Source: Paraspadella gotoi
Lineage: Eukaryota; Animalia; Chaetognatha
NCBI GenBank assembly: GCA_051294375.1
Contig: CM119270.1
Location: 11,579,230-11,643,229 of the forward strand
Length of the DNA: 64,000 nt
Direction: 5' to 3'
Positions 1 to 13,350 of the stretch are shown here, piece after piece. Both the position numbers and the translations under genes were made by a program. The number at the start of each line of letters is the position of its first letter. Within the stretch, counting starts at the first letter, position 1. The notes under the pieces are model-generated. The model ran no database searches. It was not told the origin of the DNA and saw nothing but the letters and a program-made list of their open reading frames with translations.

Positions 1-65
1 GGGCCTCTGGCAAAATGTAAAGATTAGACGCCAGCGCTTTTTGCGGTTTAAGATTTAACGTTTGT

Positions 66-269
66 TTGTTGTCTGATTGTTTAGTTGCTTTAGGTATCTC
101 CTTGATGTCTGATTGTTTAGTTGCTTTATGTATCTCCTTGATGTCTGATTGTTTAGTTGCTTTAGGTATCTCCTTAATGTCTGATTGTTTAGTTGCTTTA
201 TGTATCTCCTTGATGTCTGATTGTTTAGTTGCTTTAGGTATCTCCTTGATGTCTGATTGTTTAGTTGCT
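66..269. repeat. 36-bp minisatellite, ~5.7 copies, alternating G/T variant (72-bp higher-order period)
   Basis: Unit TTGATGTCTGATTGTTTAGTTGCTTTA(G/T)GTATCTCC, head-to-tail with no spacers. Confidence 0.95.
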
Positions 270-508
270 ATACAAAAGTTACGTCTTTTTACGTAGATTA
301 TCTTTTTTGTCCCGTCTGGATTGTATGTTCTTTAAATATGATAGATGTAGCAATTTAGTAGTAAATATTACTAATTACGACCTAAGTTAAGAGTTCCACG
401 TTTAGGAAAATTGAGCTTTCCTCCCCCGTCGTTCTCGTTTGTTCCTCCTGTTCTAAAAGGGTCGCTGCTTGCAGATCGTTTACCTGTTTATTTTTCACGA
501 AGTCGCTC

Positions 509-573
<65 letters not shown>

Positions 574-1486
574 CTCCTCTCTCTCTCTCTCTCTCTTGCG
601 CTCGAAATAAAGAGAGAGGGAACAACGTCTTTTCCTTCGCACAATTCGGTCATTGTCATTTATCTATTGTCATTACTCAACCGTCATTACCTCTCCGCCT
701 TTCAATGTCTTTTCTGGCGTTTGTCCACGTCAACGGCGAGGACAAAGCCCGAAAACAGGACGAAACGAGCGAGAAGGCAACCATGATAAAGACTAACGTT
801 TCGTAAAAAGAAAATGATTTCAAGACTGAAACTAGAAAAAGCCCAAAAATAATGGATAAAAACAATTTTGCGGAAAACACGTATGCGTGGCGCCGATCGG
901 CGTGAGAATAATTGAGAGCCGTCGTAAGACAACAAGCCAGAGAGCTTCACAATGAGTGGCTTAAAGCTATAAACCGCTATAACAACTTCGAATATAAAGA
1001 AGAAAGTCAGTTGATGAAAAAGATTAGGGGAGAGTAGAAATTTGATCCTGGCAACAGTTTCGGTTTTTTTTTTTTTTTGTTTCTTTATTAGCAATTACAC
1101 TTGTTGTGTGCAAAGCGATCATCCCGACGTTTTTCACGCAACTCTTTTCAATGAATTTCACCTTTTTTTTTCCAAGCTCGTCCCCGCAATCAAGTTGGCT
1201 CATGTCTCCGGAGGCAATCGACCGTTCCACCCCCATTCCACCCCCCCCGCTTTTACCGCCCCCCCCGTCAAACTACATTCCGTCGGGGTTTTCGCTTCGT
1301 CAACGGATTTGTTTTATTCTCTTCCCGCGTGGCGTTACGCCATATCCAGCGTGGCGGAGCGCCATACTCAGCGTTCAATTGGCGTAGCGCCAATTTCTGA
1401 AAACCCGGGCATCGCTTAGCAATTCGTCTCTCGTAAGCTTGGCAATGACATCTTTATAGGTATATAAAAGACGCTGTTGGATGGGG

Positions 1487-1607
<121 letters not shown>

Positions 1608-1716
1608 ACTGTAAAATGGAGCGCGTGAGAGCTTCAGGGTTTTATGGAGGGTGGACGTGAATTCTTGTTTTAACAGGACCATGGTTTCGAAAATGGATTT
1701 GTGACAGTGTCCACTG

Positions 1717-1796
<80 letters not shown>

Positions 1797-2940
1797 CAGA
1801 ATAGCTATAATTACCTCTCAGCTAAGGAAAATTGTTTGCGCGTCGTTCAAGTCGTTGTCGGTTCTGGCTTTATCGATGTTCTTCTGTTTTAAGACTTTGA
1901 CAAGTGAATCATTCATCACCAGGTGTCTCTTTCTTTTATACTAGTTGGGTTATCTATAAAGAGCAAAATAGTGGCAGAATGGACCAAAGTGTATTGGAAT
2001 ACTGAATGGCAAGTCGCATCCAGAGAAAAATAATGCGCTTCATGACAAGAAATAGATAAATCTGTTCATATAGGATTGGCTAATCAGAGTTAGAATACTA
2101 TTGACTTGAATCGATGATGTATCGGGACTGGTGAGTGGGAAGAACCCAGAACCGATTAAAATTAATCTACTACGTCTCAGTAGCCGAAGTGTAATAAATC
2201 GAGGCCTGCGACTAATGCCTTGCTCGATTTTCTGTAGGAGGCTTTGCTTTTCGGTCAGTCCTGATAAATAATCAGGACGATGATAAATAAAGATAAATCA
2301 ATTAGAAGGAATTTTACTGGACGATTATATCATACAAGTTTATTATTTAAGAAAAATGAGAATTTACAAGTACCGAAAGAAATTTAAAAAAAGTTTTAAA
2401 TAATAAAAGTAAATGTATTTACGGTCATGGCTTCGTTTGGGCGTGAACCGTAGAGGGAGAAAAGTGGCTCGAAGTCCGACGGTCGTGGATTCAATATCGC
2501 CGTCTTACTTGCTCAGTTTCGAGAGAGATAGAGAGAGAGAACGCGACGACGATTATAAAGACGAAGAAGAAACGTGAAACCGGGAATATCCCGATTATTT
2601 TTGAAATGTATAGAATCTTACGAGTCAGGGGCAGTTGCCTCCGACGCCGTACGGTTTTATTACTGTTTTGAAAAGACAGTAAAGTATTGTTATGAAATTA
2701 GTACAACCAATATAAATTATCCATTCATTTAATAAATAAGCTATCTTCCCCCTGACTTTGGACAGGCTTTGGTGGTTTAAGGCTCCATCACTCTTACAAG
2801 ATAAGATATGTGTTAGTGACAGAACCATTCAATATAAGCAGTCTCAGGCTGTAACACCGTGTTACAGGCAGGTTAGGCGCCCCGTCCTTCTTAAATGCCA
2901 GGCGACCACCGGGCTAGAACCCGGACCTTTGGGTTGGGAG

Positions 2941-4429
2941 TAGGGTTCCGTTAACCGTTAATTTTTGAGGAACTTCGCTTAACCGTTAAAACTAACGTTT
3001 TTTAACGGTTAACCGTTAAATCGGTTAATTTTTATAATTTAACTTTTAATTTAAAATATTAATATTTGAAACTAACTAAAGTATTTAATGGTATTTTCTC
3101 CTTAACTCCGGCTACTGAATAGTCTTTATCTTTTATTTCAGATAGATGAGGTACACATTATAGTTGTATAAATGAGAAAATTGATTTGAAAAAACAGCAT
3201 TATAATAAATTTTTTTTTGCCTCATAGCATAATAAAAATATGAAAAAAGACAATGAAAGAAAAGCACATGTATTTTAATTCTGTATATTTTCTTTTTCTC
3301 TTTCTCTCTTTTTCTTTCTTTCTTTCGTTTTTGCTTTTCCTTTTTCTATTTCTCTTCCTCATTATTTTTTATAGTTGTTAGTTTCTTGAAAGCATGTTTT
3401 CTGTTGTTGTCTTTCATAAACCATGACCATAAATATAAATATAATTATAAATATTGTATTAAGACTTTCTTTTCGTTACGTTTATAGTTAAGTGAAAGCA
3501 AAATTTATTTGTTTAAACAACAGTTTTTATTTTTTAAAAAAAGGACATGTTTCGACTCTCACGCGCTGATGTAGACTCGGAAAAACTAGAGTCGAACATG
3601 TCCGTTTTTTGGATAAAAAACCGGTTGTTTGTAAAACAATAAACTTTGTTTTCTCTTAATTATGAATATCAATTTATTAATTGAATTGTTAATGATCGAT
3701 TGATCAAAAGAGTTATTAAATTAATAAATATTTTTTTTAAATTTTATTAAAGTAAAGTATATCATCATTGAAGGATAGTTTTAGTTAGCCTTAATGTCTT
3801 TTCAAAGATTCATTCCTTCTATTGTTCATTTTTTAATGTTTTCTAATAATTTTTTTATTTTAGTTTTTTTTTAAAATTTTTTCATTCATTGGCTTTATTA
3901 TATTTACTTCTTTGTTCATTTTAAAAATTGAAAGAAAAAGCTAAAAAAAGTAAAAGAAGAAAGATTTATTTATTTTTTTATTAGCAAAATAGAATATTAT
4001 TGTTTGCATGTAAAAATGTGATTTGCAAAAAAAATATATGCAGATGCATATTATATTCAAATATTCTTTGATGTAAATGCTTAATTAGCTGAAAGGAAAA
4101 ACGAAAAGAATTGGGAGAAAAAGTAAGTAAAAATACCGAAGGGCAGAAAAATGATAATAGATTAAAAATAGAAAAAGATTAAAAAGGGTTGAAAATAACA
4201 AAGAAAAAATAGGGGAAATGTAAGAACAGAGAGAGGGGGGAAATATAGTGAGAAAGGCGAGAGGAGATAAGGAAAAAAAATTTTTTTCTTAAAAATCAAA
4301 GTTTTCATAACAAAAATTATACTGAAAATTCAACCGAATTTAACCTTAAAATAATATATTAACGGTTAGATAAAATTTATATTTTTAACCGTTAATAACC
4401 CGTTAACTGTTACGGTATCCGAACAACTA
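2941..4429. mobile_element. Non-autonomous hAT-like DNA transposon (1489 bp)
   Basis: Exact 8-bp TSD GTTGGGAG (2933-2940 and 4430-4437), TAG...CTA termini with imperfect TIRs, clustered subterminal TTAACCG/CGGTTAA motifs at both ends, AT-rich non-coding interior. Confidence 0.8.
3561..3606 (+). ncRNA. Degenerate minimal type-I hammerhead ribozyme motif (Penelope-like pLTR remnant) within a ~76-bp-arm inverted repeat (3484-3663)
   Basis: CTGATGTA-GACTC-ggaaaaacta-GAGTC-GAA-CATG-TC. The opposite arm (3544-3559, minus strand) reads AGAGTC-GAAA-CATG-TC with an intact GAAA. Palindromic CATG stem-III loop. Confidence 0.55.
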
Positions 4430-5831
4430 GTTGGGAGGCGAATGACTTGCCTCCAGCACCAATGGCCGCTAATGAACGGTTGNNNNNNNNNNNNNNNNNN
4501 NNNNNNNAAGAGAGAGCTCCAAGGGGGGAGAATCGCAAACAAAAGTGAGAAGCTGAACTTAACTGAACGGGTAAATGGGGCGTTTGGCTCAACTGCTCGT
4601 CTAAAAATGGAACTAGAAATTGAAGATAAAAAGATGAAGAAAAATATGACGAGACTTTTAAACGACAAAATTAAAATATACAATTTAAATTTACTAAATT
4701 TAATTTTTTATCTTCTCCATTTCTATATTTGATTGATATTTTTTTAAACATCTTTTTCCGCTTACTTTAATTTTCTATTCTTTATTTGTGGTTTTATTCG
4801 TTTCCTCACCTCGGATTAGGGGTTTGCTTTTTAACGGATCCTGTTTGTTCAAGACTTAAAAAAGGTACGGATTAATTAAGGGAGAGAAGGACGGCGCAAA
4901 AGTAGAAAAAGTTTCGCCGATAACTTTATGGCCATTTCTGCTCTGGGCACTGCCAAGACCAGAAATGGCCTGGGCAGAAATTCCCAGTGGGCAGCCCTCG
5001 AAGGGCAAAAAACGACTCAAGCCAAGGGATGACGTGAGTGATAACAATCTCAAATCGCTTAAAAAATTAAAAGTGAAATGGAGTAAAAAGAAAAACATAA
5101 GAGGAGAAAATACGAAAAAAGAAAGAAAAAGAAAAAAATAAGGAAAGATGGAGGCGGAGTGAATGACCGCTAGGATTCCGAGTTGGAAATAATGAAGACA
5201 GAAGAAGAATGTGACGAAAAGGATCTTGATATTAAAGAAGGAAGTGGAGAAACAATGGAGAAACAAAGGATTCGATCCGGGTAAACGGGAGATAGCAAGA
5301 ATGTCCAAAGCGAGACAAGTCAAACTCGATAAATTAAGAGACTAACAGGACGATTTTTTTTTTGAAGTAGTATTTGGTGATTAATCTTTCTTTGGTTGTG
5401 TTTGTGTTATTTGAGATTAAAGACGAAGTCTTTTTACATCAACGTCTTTAATCTCAAATAAAGTAGTATCTAAAAAAAAAAGCTGTTTTATTAAGGCGTT
5501 AACTTTGAAAACAACTTTTCATCGTTCAGGCCGACACTGATCACTCTCTCTCAGGCTGCGCCGCGTCATTTGTGATGATCCCCTGCGTTCTTCCCCCCCC
5601 TGCAGATTTCCCCGTCTTCCGATTTCATCCGCCTTCGCCCAGTTCACTCCTCGAGTCTTAAATGCTCTCCACACCGCAAATCTCCAAATCCACTCCTATC
5701 ACTCTTTCTCGCTACTCAGTTCGCACACCAGTCCTTCCCCCTTCACTCTCCCGCCCGGCAAACTGATTTTATTTTCTCTCTCTCTGTCTCTCTCTCTCTG
5801 TCTCTCTCTCTCTCTCTCCTCTCCTTCTCTT

Positions 5832-5879
<48 letters not shown>

Positions 5880-5898
5880 CTCTCTTCTCTCTTCTCTC

Positions 5899-5929
<31 letters not shown>

Positions 5930-6048
5930 TGAGCGACGTGGCGCTAGAGAGAAAGAGAGAGAGAGAGCTCGCCGCGTTCTTGAATTATTCCAGTCTTCGC
6001 CGCGAGATTTCCATAAATCTGGCGTCGAGATGAGAGACGATAACAAAG

Positions 6049-6092
<44 letters not shown>

Positions 6093-7098
6093 TCGCGGAG
6101 TCGCCCTCGAATGATCGATGCGACGAAGGATTTCTATCCCGAGGCCAGCGACGCCTCCTCTCGCTCTCGCCAACTCCGAGCCGAGAGTCGGGGGAGGGGG
6201 AAAGAAATTTTCAATCTAAAACAAGAAGATATTATCGGCCTATTACTCTAGTATTAGTAAAACAAGTTAAATTAGTTTAGAAAAAGTTTGTTATCTTCAA
6301 AGACAGATTTCGGTAGCATATTTTTTTTTATTTAAATTTTAATTAGAATATCAATTGTCAACATTAAGAAAAGCGAATCAAACGAGCAAAAAAAAAATAT
6401 ATAAAAATAAAATAACTGTTATTTTTTAGAATCTCAATATAATTATTTTTATACGTTATGAGGTTTACACGAGAAATTTGAATTCAGATGTTAAATTCAA
6501 TTAATTATAGTATTAAGTCGAGAAGAAAACTAATGTAACCGCTTTTATAATGTTTTGTCAATTGTCACAATAAATAATTTCAGATAAAGTTATGTATTAA
6601 ATTTTAGGCGATTATACCAAATAAATTACGTACGAAGCCTTTGTTATTAAATTTAACCAGGAAAAATTTTCTCGTCTTTCTAGTTTCACTTGATTAAAAA
6701 AAAAGAGAAAAAAAGAGAAAAATACAGTCTTTTGCTTTCCACGCTTGAAAAATTCATGCATTTTGATATAAAATTTTGAAAAGAAAAAAAATTCAAAGCC
6801 GACGGTTGAAGAGAGAAAAAGCTCAGAAAAAAAAAAAGAATTTCATAGACTTCGAAAAGAAGTAAAGTATTTTAGAGTTTATTTATATTCACGAAGAGAG
6901 AAAAAATATTTAAAAAAACTTATATTTTTCCGATTTTATTTCCGAGGAAATTGATGAGGGGAAAAAGAGATTTAATAAAGTTCTCAATCGAATGAATGAA
7001 TTTCAAGGGAAAAATTTTAGATCGTGGAATAGAATGGAAAAAAAGATAAAAAGGGAGAACTGATCTCTCCAAAAATAGAAAGTAGGAAATTAAAATCA

Positions 7099-7227
<129 letters not shown>

Positions 7228-7399
7228 GGGGGAAAGAGAGAACAAAACCGTTCTGTTTTAGAATAGGACACAAGTAGAAATGATGAAATAACATTGAGAA
7301 ACACAAGAAGAAGACGAAGAAGATGACGAAACGAAAATGGGAGTCATAAACGATAAACAAGCGTGAAACTGAAAGGGTGACGTGTGGACGACGATGATA

Positions 7400-7436
<37 letters not shown>

Positions 7437-8608
7437 TGATGATATCGACGATGAAGGAAACGAAGACAACGTCGGCCATCTTATTGTACTTTAATTTTAA
7501 CTTTTTTTATTCAAGGGATAAGGAATTGTAGCCTGGAAGCCCGAATACGTACGATAATAACGATAAAAAAATCGAAAAAAATACAAAAATTCGGGGAAAC
7601 TTATGGTAAGTAATGTATCCTTTAGAAAAGTTCACAATGAAAATCATTACGACAAAAAATAATAATTATTATAAGACTGTAATATCGACGCATAACCGAC
7701 AAACGAGAAAAATTTCAAAAAAAAAGAAAAATATGGGCGTAAACCCGCGTCAAAAATTCCAGTTTTCCCTCCCCTTAAGCCAGAATTTCGCGCCCCTTTT
7801 TTTCCAAAGTCTACGAGGTTCTGTGACGAAGTATCAATCTCAAAACCTTCGTCGTCAAATCGTCTTTTCATCGAATGTTTATTCCGCCTTCGAAAGTCGG
7901 AACTCGTTTTCAAAACGAATTTTCGGTTTCATCGAGGCGAGTTGTTGCGAAGCACCTAAGGGGCTCTTTGCTAACCTCGCTTGACTGAAATAGGCGTTAT
8001 TATTAACCTTAAAGTTATATGTTAATATAACGAAATGACACATATTCAAGGAAAATCTTTGCTGAGAATATTGGAAGATCCTAAAGCTAAAGCTACCTTT
8101 GTGGCCAGCCTAACCAGAATTTGGGTTTTAATTTCATTGTATACATGCAGAATACGAACCGATTCATGAATATATTTTATTGTATTTGATCTTCAGACTT
8201 ACGATTGATTTTAGTACCACCTTTTCATTTCGTTTTTTTCTAGTCATCAGGAAATTGGAAACATTTCCCGCTTCCACCTCCTTCTCGAGAAACAAAGGAC
8301 AATTTAAAAAAAATATCCGAATCGCGAAGCAAGAAACGCGAAGAATGAGGAACGTGAACGAGACGAAGTGTTCACGTGCCACAGAGAAAAAGTTTTTCTC
8401 ATTTCCGGAAGCGAGAATTACCTCCGCGCGAGATTCTCGTCCCCCGGGGGGCAGATTTACCTTCGCCGTAATTATAGTTGGAAGAAAAACCCCAACGCCC
8501 CTAGGGGCCCGTGATACGCAGGGCCCGGGAGAAGCGTGATACGTGAGCCTCACGAGCACGGTGATGCGCGAGGCTCGAGAATAAAGAGATACGTGGGTCC
8601 CTCGATGG

Positions 8609-8665
<57 letters not shown>

Positions 8666-9346
8666 TCCTATCTTCATCTTCTATTTTAAGATAGAAATTC
8701 TTCGCTTGCAAAGAATCAAGAGTGATAAGACAATGATAACACAAAGATATCACCAAATTACCTTTCCTCCTCTTTTCTTTTCCCACTTCGTCTCGTTCTC
8801 AGACTACTGGGGAGAAGCTGCCTTCTAATCTGTAGGGGGTTAATCACCGCGCAATCATCCGGACAAATCACCAAAGAATCCAATCGCCCAAAATGTTGAA
8901 AGGTAAAACGACGGAGGAGGCTCTAACCCCCAGAGGTCAGTTCCTGGTGGACAGATTGAAAGAGAAACGTTATTCCTGATTTTTAGCATGGTTAATTTAT
9001 CGACCCCCATGTAAACCAACTATATTTAGGTAAGAAATAAAATTGAAATGTAATTCACTTTGAATTATTATGAAAGGAAAAAAATATATATAAATCTGTA
9101 TCAATAAGAAAAACGGATTGTGATGAAAAAAAAAAATATGGAAGAAAAAGAAGGGGAATTTTCGTGTTCCGCTTTCCAAGTCACTATTTCTCTCTGACCC
9201 GCGCAATCGCAAGGTTTTTCTGTTTCGCCTGAGGCTTAGAAAAACATTCCCGTCTCTTTCCCTAAATTGTCAAATAATTCCTCCCGGCCACTGGTGCCTT
9301 CTTCATAAGTGCGAGGGGGCAATGTTTCCGTTCGGCCTTTTCTGTG

Positions 9347-9417
<71 letters not shown>

Positions 9418-9928
9418 CTTACCATTTTAAAAACTGCGCGACGCAACTTTTCATTTCGAAAAAGGTAATTATTTCTCTCTACCTATTTTCTTGCACCGCT
9501 GCCAGTCGCTACGAAAAAAAAATTTCTTTCTCATTTGCTTTATTGAAGGTTCAAACTTCAGAGACTTGCGTTTCGCACAGTTTTCTAGCTTTGCCTGATT
9601 GTGCTTCACTCACTACTCAAAAGCCTTTTCTTTCTTTGTTTGCTAAAAAAAAAATAGGAAAGAAAAAGCACCCAAAAAATTATAGAACTTAAAAACTTTT
9701 ACTTTCTAACTAAATAAAATTTGAACTTTTTTTTTCGTTTTTTTTCAATGAAAAAAAAGTTTTAATGACATTAATTTTTGTAAAACAAAAAAAATATCTC
9801 AGACGTCATCAAAATGCTTTTTTTTTCTTTTACAGAACAAAGGAGAAAAAATAAAGGTTACATCCAATTAAGAATTGCAACAAGATTTCTTTTTTTTCTA
9901 ACTTTCTCTATTCTATCTTCTTCCATGA

Positions 9929-10013
<85 letters not shown>

Positions 10014-10275
10014 TCCATTTCCTTTATTGACGTTGCTCACACCTGCAAACCTTGGACGACGACGACGACGACGACGACGACGAAACTTCACGAACATTTA
10101 TAAAATCCTTGTCTCGTTTAGTCAATTTTTCAAAAAACGTAATGACTTAAAAGTAATAATAATTAAAAAGAATTAGGATTTATTTGTTATTTGTTATTTG
10201 TTAACTTACAAAAACTGTTTACATTTAATCAGTTACTTGTTCGTAATCTTATTCCACAAAGACATAAAATTGAGA

Positions 10276-10404
10276 ATATTGAGGCGACTTACCACCGGTC
10301 TCTCTCTCTAAACCCTTCCTCTCTCCTCTTTCTCCGAGCCGGTCAATCCACACGGTCACTTTGCCCTAGCTTTGGCAATGACCGGTGGTAAGTCGCCTCA
10401 ATAT
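10276..10404. mobile_element. Small MITE
   Basis: Perfect 25-bp inverted repeat ATATTGAGGCGACTTACCACCGGTC (10276-10300) / GACCGGTGGTAAGTCGCCTCAATAT (10380-10404); the outer TA may be the TSD. Confidence 0.75.
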
Positions 10405-11040
10405 CAATCGTGAAACAATTAAACGAATGAGAGATAGAGACGGAGACAAAAGAGAAAGAGACTCAGAAAAAGAAAGTTAATGACTTATCTTTATTTTGCT
10501 AATATGAAAATTCTTCTTGCTAAACAGCAGACGATAATATGATAAAATTATATCTTGAAGAGAAAGAGTGCGAAGCCGGACAGAGGTTGCAAGTTTAAAT
10601 TTAAACGCACATTGTACGTTGCTTAAAAAGTTTAATATTTTAGGGGGTTTTCTTTATTCGCTGAAAAATAAGGCAAAAGTTAAGGGTTTTAATTACAAAA
10701 CTTTAACGAGAAAAATGAGATAATTAAAATTAATTCGACAGAGGGAACTCTAAAGAATACCATGTCATGACAATAAATCTCGCACATGAAGAAACGATAA
10801 AGTTGATTTTGACAAAATTTATATTTACTCTCTCTCGTCTGCTCCATTCTCATCGTTAATACCTGCTCCGTCCTTGTCTCTGTCTCTGTCTCGCTCCACT
10901 CGCTCCTCTCGTTTCGATCCTTAACAGAGCGAGCATGAGCCAAAGGGAGATTTATCCATAAGAGGAAAGCAATAAAACTGAAGTGGGAGACGCTTACCAT
11001 CTCTCTCTCTCTCTCTCTCCTCTCTCTCCTCTCTCTCTCT

Positions 11041-11095
<55 letters not shown>

Positions 11096-11957
11096 TCTCT
11101 CTCTCTCTCTCTCTCTCTCGCCTTCACATGCTCTTTGGTTCTCTGTCTGGCAAGGTTTTTTTTTCGCCAATATAACAATCGCTTCATATTTTCCCTTTTA
11201 TCCGCGTTTACTGCGTCGTTTCTGCTGCCAAAATTCTGATGACCTTTCTGGGCGAAACAATCAAAAATTGAAACCAGGGATAAGGGGGTTCTGCTCTTTG
11301 CTCTCACCCTGGAATGTAACATACACGCGATAACATGAGAAATCGAGAGTAATAAGATGTGTATTAACACTTCCGGGAGGAAAAGCTAATAACAATATTA
11401 TCGTATTGATTAAAGTCAGCCGACTGGGTCAGTCTTATATTTACTCAACTAAAGAAAACCTTACAAACGGCACCATGACGAGGGCGACTGTTTCGTGTCA
11501 AATTCTTTTTGCGTTTTCCCTCGTTTGATTCATCCGCCGTCCGGTTGCCGATTCTCTCGGTCGATCATTTCCGGCGCGCCGGCCTTTCTCCCTTCCTCAC
11601 GACGAATGAGCGACTACGCAATGAATCAGCGGCGGCGATGAGAGAAAAAAAAAAGTCTCATAAAACAAAGAAGGTCCCTTTGGCCGAAGGCGCGCGGAAC
11701 CGGAAGCGAAATGAAGAAAACGACGTCGTTGTTCAGTTTATATCGTGAGGAATCATTTTTTATTTTTATTCTCGTAGAGCGTAAGACGGAGACTCGGTGG
11801 GAACGGTAAAAAAAACGTGAGGGCTGAATGTAAGGAGGAAGACGAGTTGTATCTTATATTTATTCATGGAGTTGTATTTTAATTTTTTTTTCACAACCAA
11901 TTTTATTGAGCAAAAAATAACGATCACTTTCACTGATCGCAGTCGCCGAAATGTGAA

Positions 11958-12024
<67 letters not shown>

Positions 12025-12469
12025 TGTATCAATGTTTATGACATGTCAAAAAGCTTTTCGTCAAGATTGGCACCACGTCACGATTAGTTTTATTATTTTT
12101 GATTTTTGTTTTGTTTTATCACTTCGATCTTGAGACTTTGAATACATTTTTTTTATGATATTAACATTTATATAGATAACTGTCTTATGCGGTTTTTTTC
12201 ATCCTCCTCCTTATTTCACACTTTGGGGTTTTAAAATTTTTTGTCTTCATCAATCTACATCGTCGTTTCGTCTCTGTCTTTGTCTTTGTCTTTGTCTTTG
12301 TCTTTGTCGTCGTCGTCGTCGTCGTCGTCTTCGTCGTCTTCGTCGTCATCGTTTGTTGTCTCTGTTGTCTTTGTTGTCGTCGTCCACGAATTTCTTCGTT
12401 GATTGATATTCGTTCTGAACGTCATCTTCGTCTTTGTTTGTCGCTTCTGTTTGTGTCGTTAACGTCACT

Positions 12470-12512
<43 letters not shown>

Positions 12513-12748
12513 TGTTGACGTCATCGATTGTCAGGCGAAAAAAAAAAAACATTCGGAATCCGATTTAGACACAACCGTGTTAAAAAAAAACTACGTACTT
12601 TAATTCACTATTATAACATGTAATTTTATGGGGAACCGTGAGAATGAAAACGAAATTATTTTTTTAATTTGAATTTCGACGGGACCATTCACCGCAGAGC
12701 CAAGGTGAGAGTGAACGACGAACGACGTGAATCTCAGAAACACAGTAA

Positions 12749-13350
12749 GGCGTAGTAAAATTTCTAAATTTAACTTTGATTAAAATTTTAAAAGTAAGGA
12801 ATGAACAATATTATACTAATGAACATTTATATAATAAAAAGATTTATAATAAATTTTACAATTTACGCAGTAGGCCATATTTATACTAGTACTAAACCAA
12901 TAAATGTTAAAATTTCAAAACAGTTTTTTAAAGATTTTTTTGCAGATTTGGATTCCTCATAAAAAGTTGATAAAAAAAAATATAACTCTTTTTGAAAAAT
13001 TCCTTTATTAAGTGAGTCAAAAATTAGAAAAAGTTATGTTTTAAGCTGAAAATTTACTTTTTATATATTAAATATAGTTTTTTTAAAATTTTAACCCACT
13101 TAATAAAGGAATTTTTAAAATGATTTATATTTTCTTTTATCAACTTTTGACAGAGAATTTAAATCTGCAATCAAAATTAAGAAAAGCCTATTTTGAAATT
13201 TTTCGATTTTATAAGGATATATATATAAATATAGCCTACTGCGAAAATTAAAAAACATAAAATTAATTTTTTTTTACAAATTAATGTTCACTGACAGTAT
13301 GTTGTTCATAATTGACTTTTAGAATTTTCGTATGTAACTTTCACTACGCC
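12749..13350. mobile_element. Fold-back MITE (~600 bp), Kolobok-like termini
   Basis: GGCGTAGT(A/G)AAA TIRs flanked by GTAA/TTAA; arms stay complementary inward (CGCAGTAGGC/GCCTACTGCG, TTGCAGATTT/AAATCTGCAA, AAAAGTTGATAAAA, ATTCCTTTATTAAGTG). Confidence 0.75.

Larger units (their letters stand above)
2691..4469 (-). mobile_element. tRNA-Gly-derived SINE, interrupted (4469-4430 joined to 2940-2691)
   Basis: Removing the 2941-4429 insert and one TSD gives GCGGCCATTGGTGCTGGAGGCAAGTCATTCGCCTCCCAACCCAAAGGTCCGGGTTCTAGCCCGGTGGTCGC: 7-bp acceptor stem, A-box-like, CCC anticodon position, B-box-like T arm. It continues into a body ending TATTGGTTGTACTAATTTCAT that is shared with other copies in the window. 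Confidence 0.75.

Noticed and set aside
66-269. 36-bp repeat as a CRISPR array, or the plus-strand 76-aa ORF as a gene
   Set aside because: Repeats are contiguous with no spacers, there are no cas genes and the context is eukaryotic. The plus ORF starts at TTG and is just the repeat.
1915-2280. Higher-complexity segment resembling decayed transposon coding sequence, with a possible half-hammerhead at 2245-2278
   Set aside because: No recognisable protein motif, multiple stops, and no CTGANGA core correctly placed.
2902-4469. Functional tRNA-Gly(CCC) gene
   Set aside because: Interrupted by a 1.5-kb insertion, anticodon stem poorly paired, B-box degenerate, and it runs into a SINE body.
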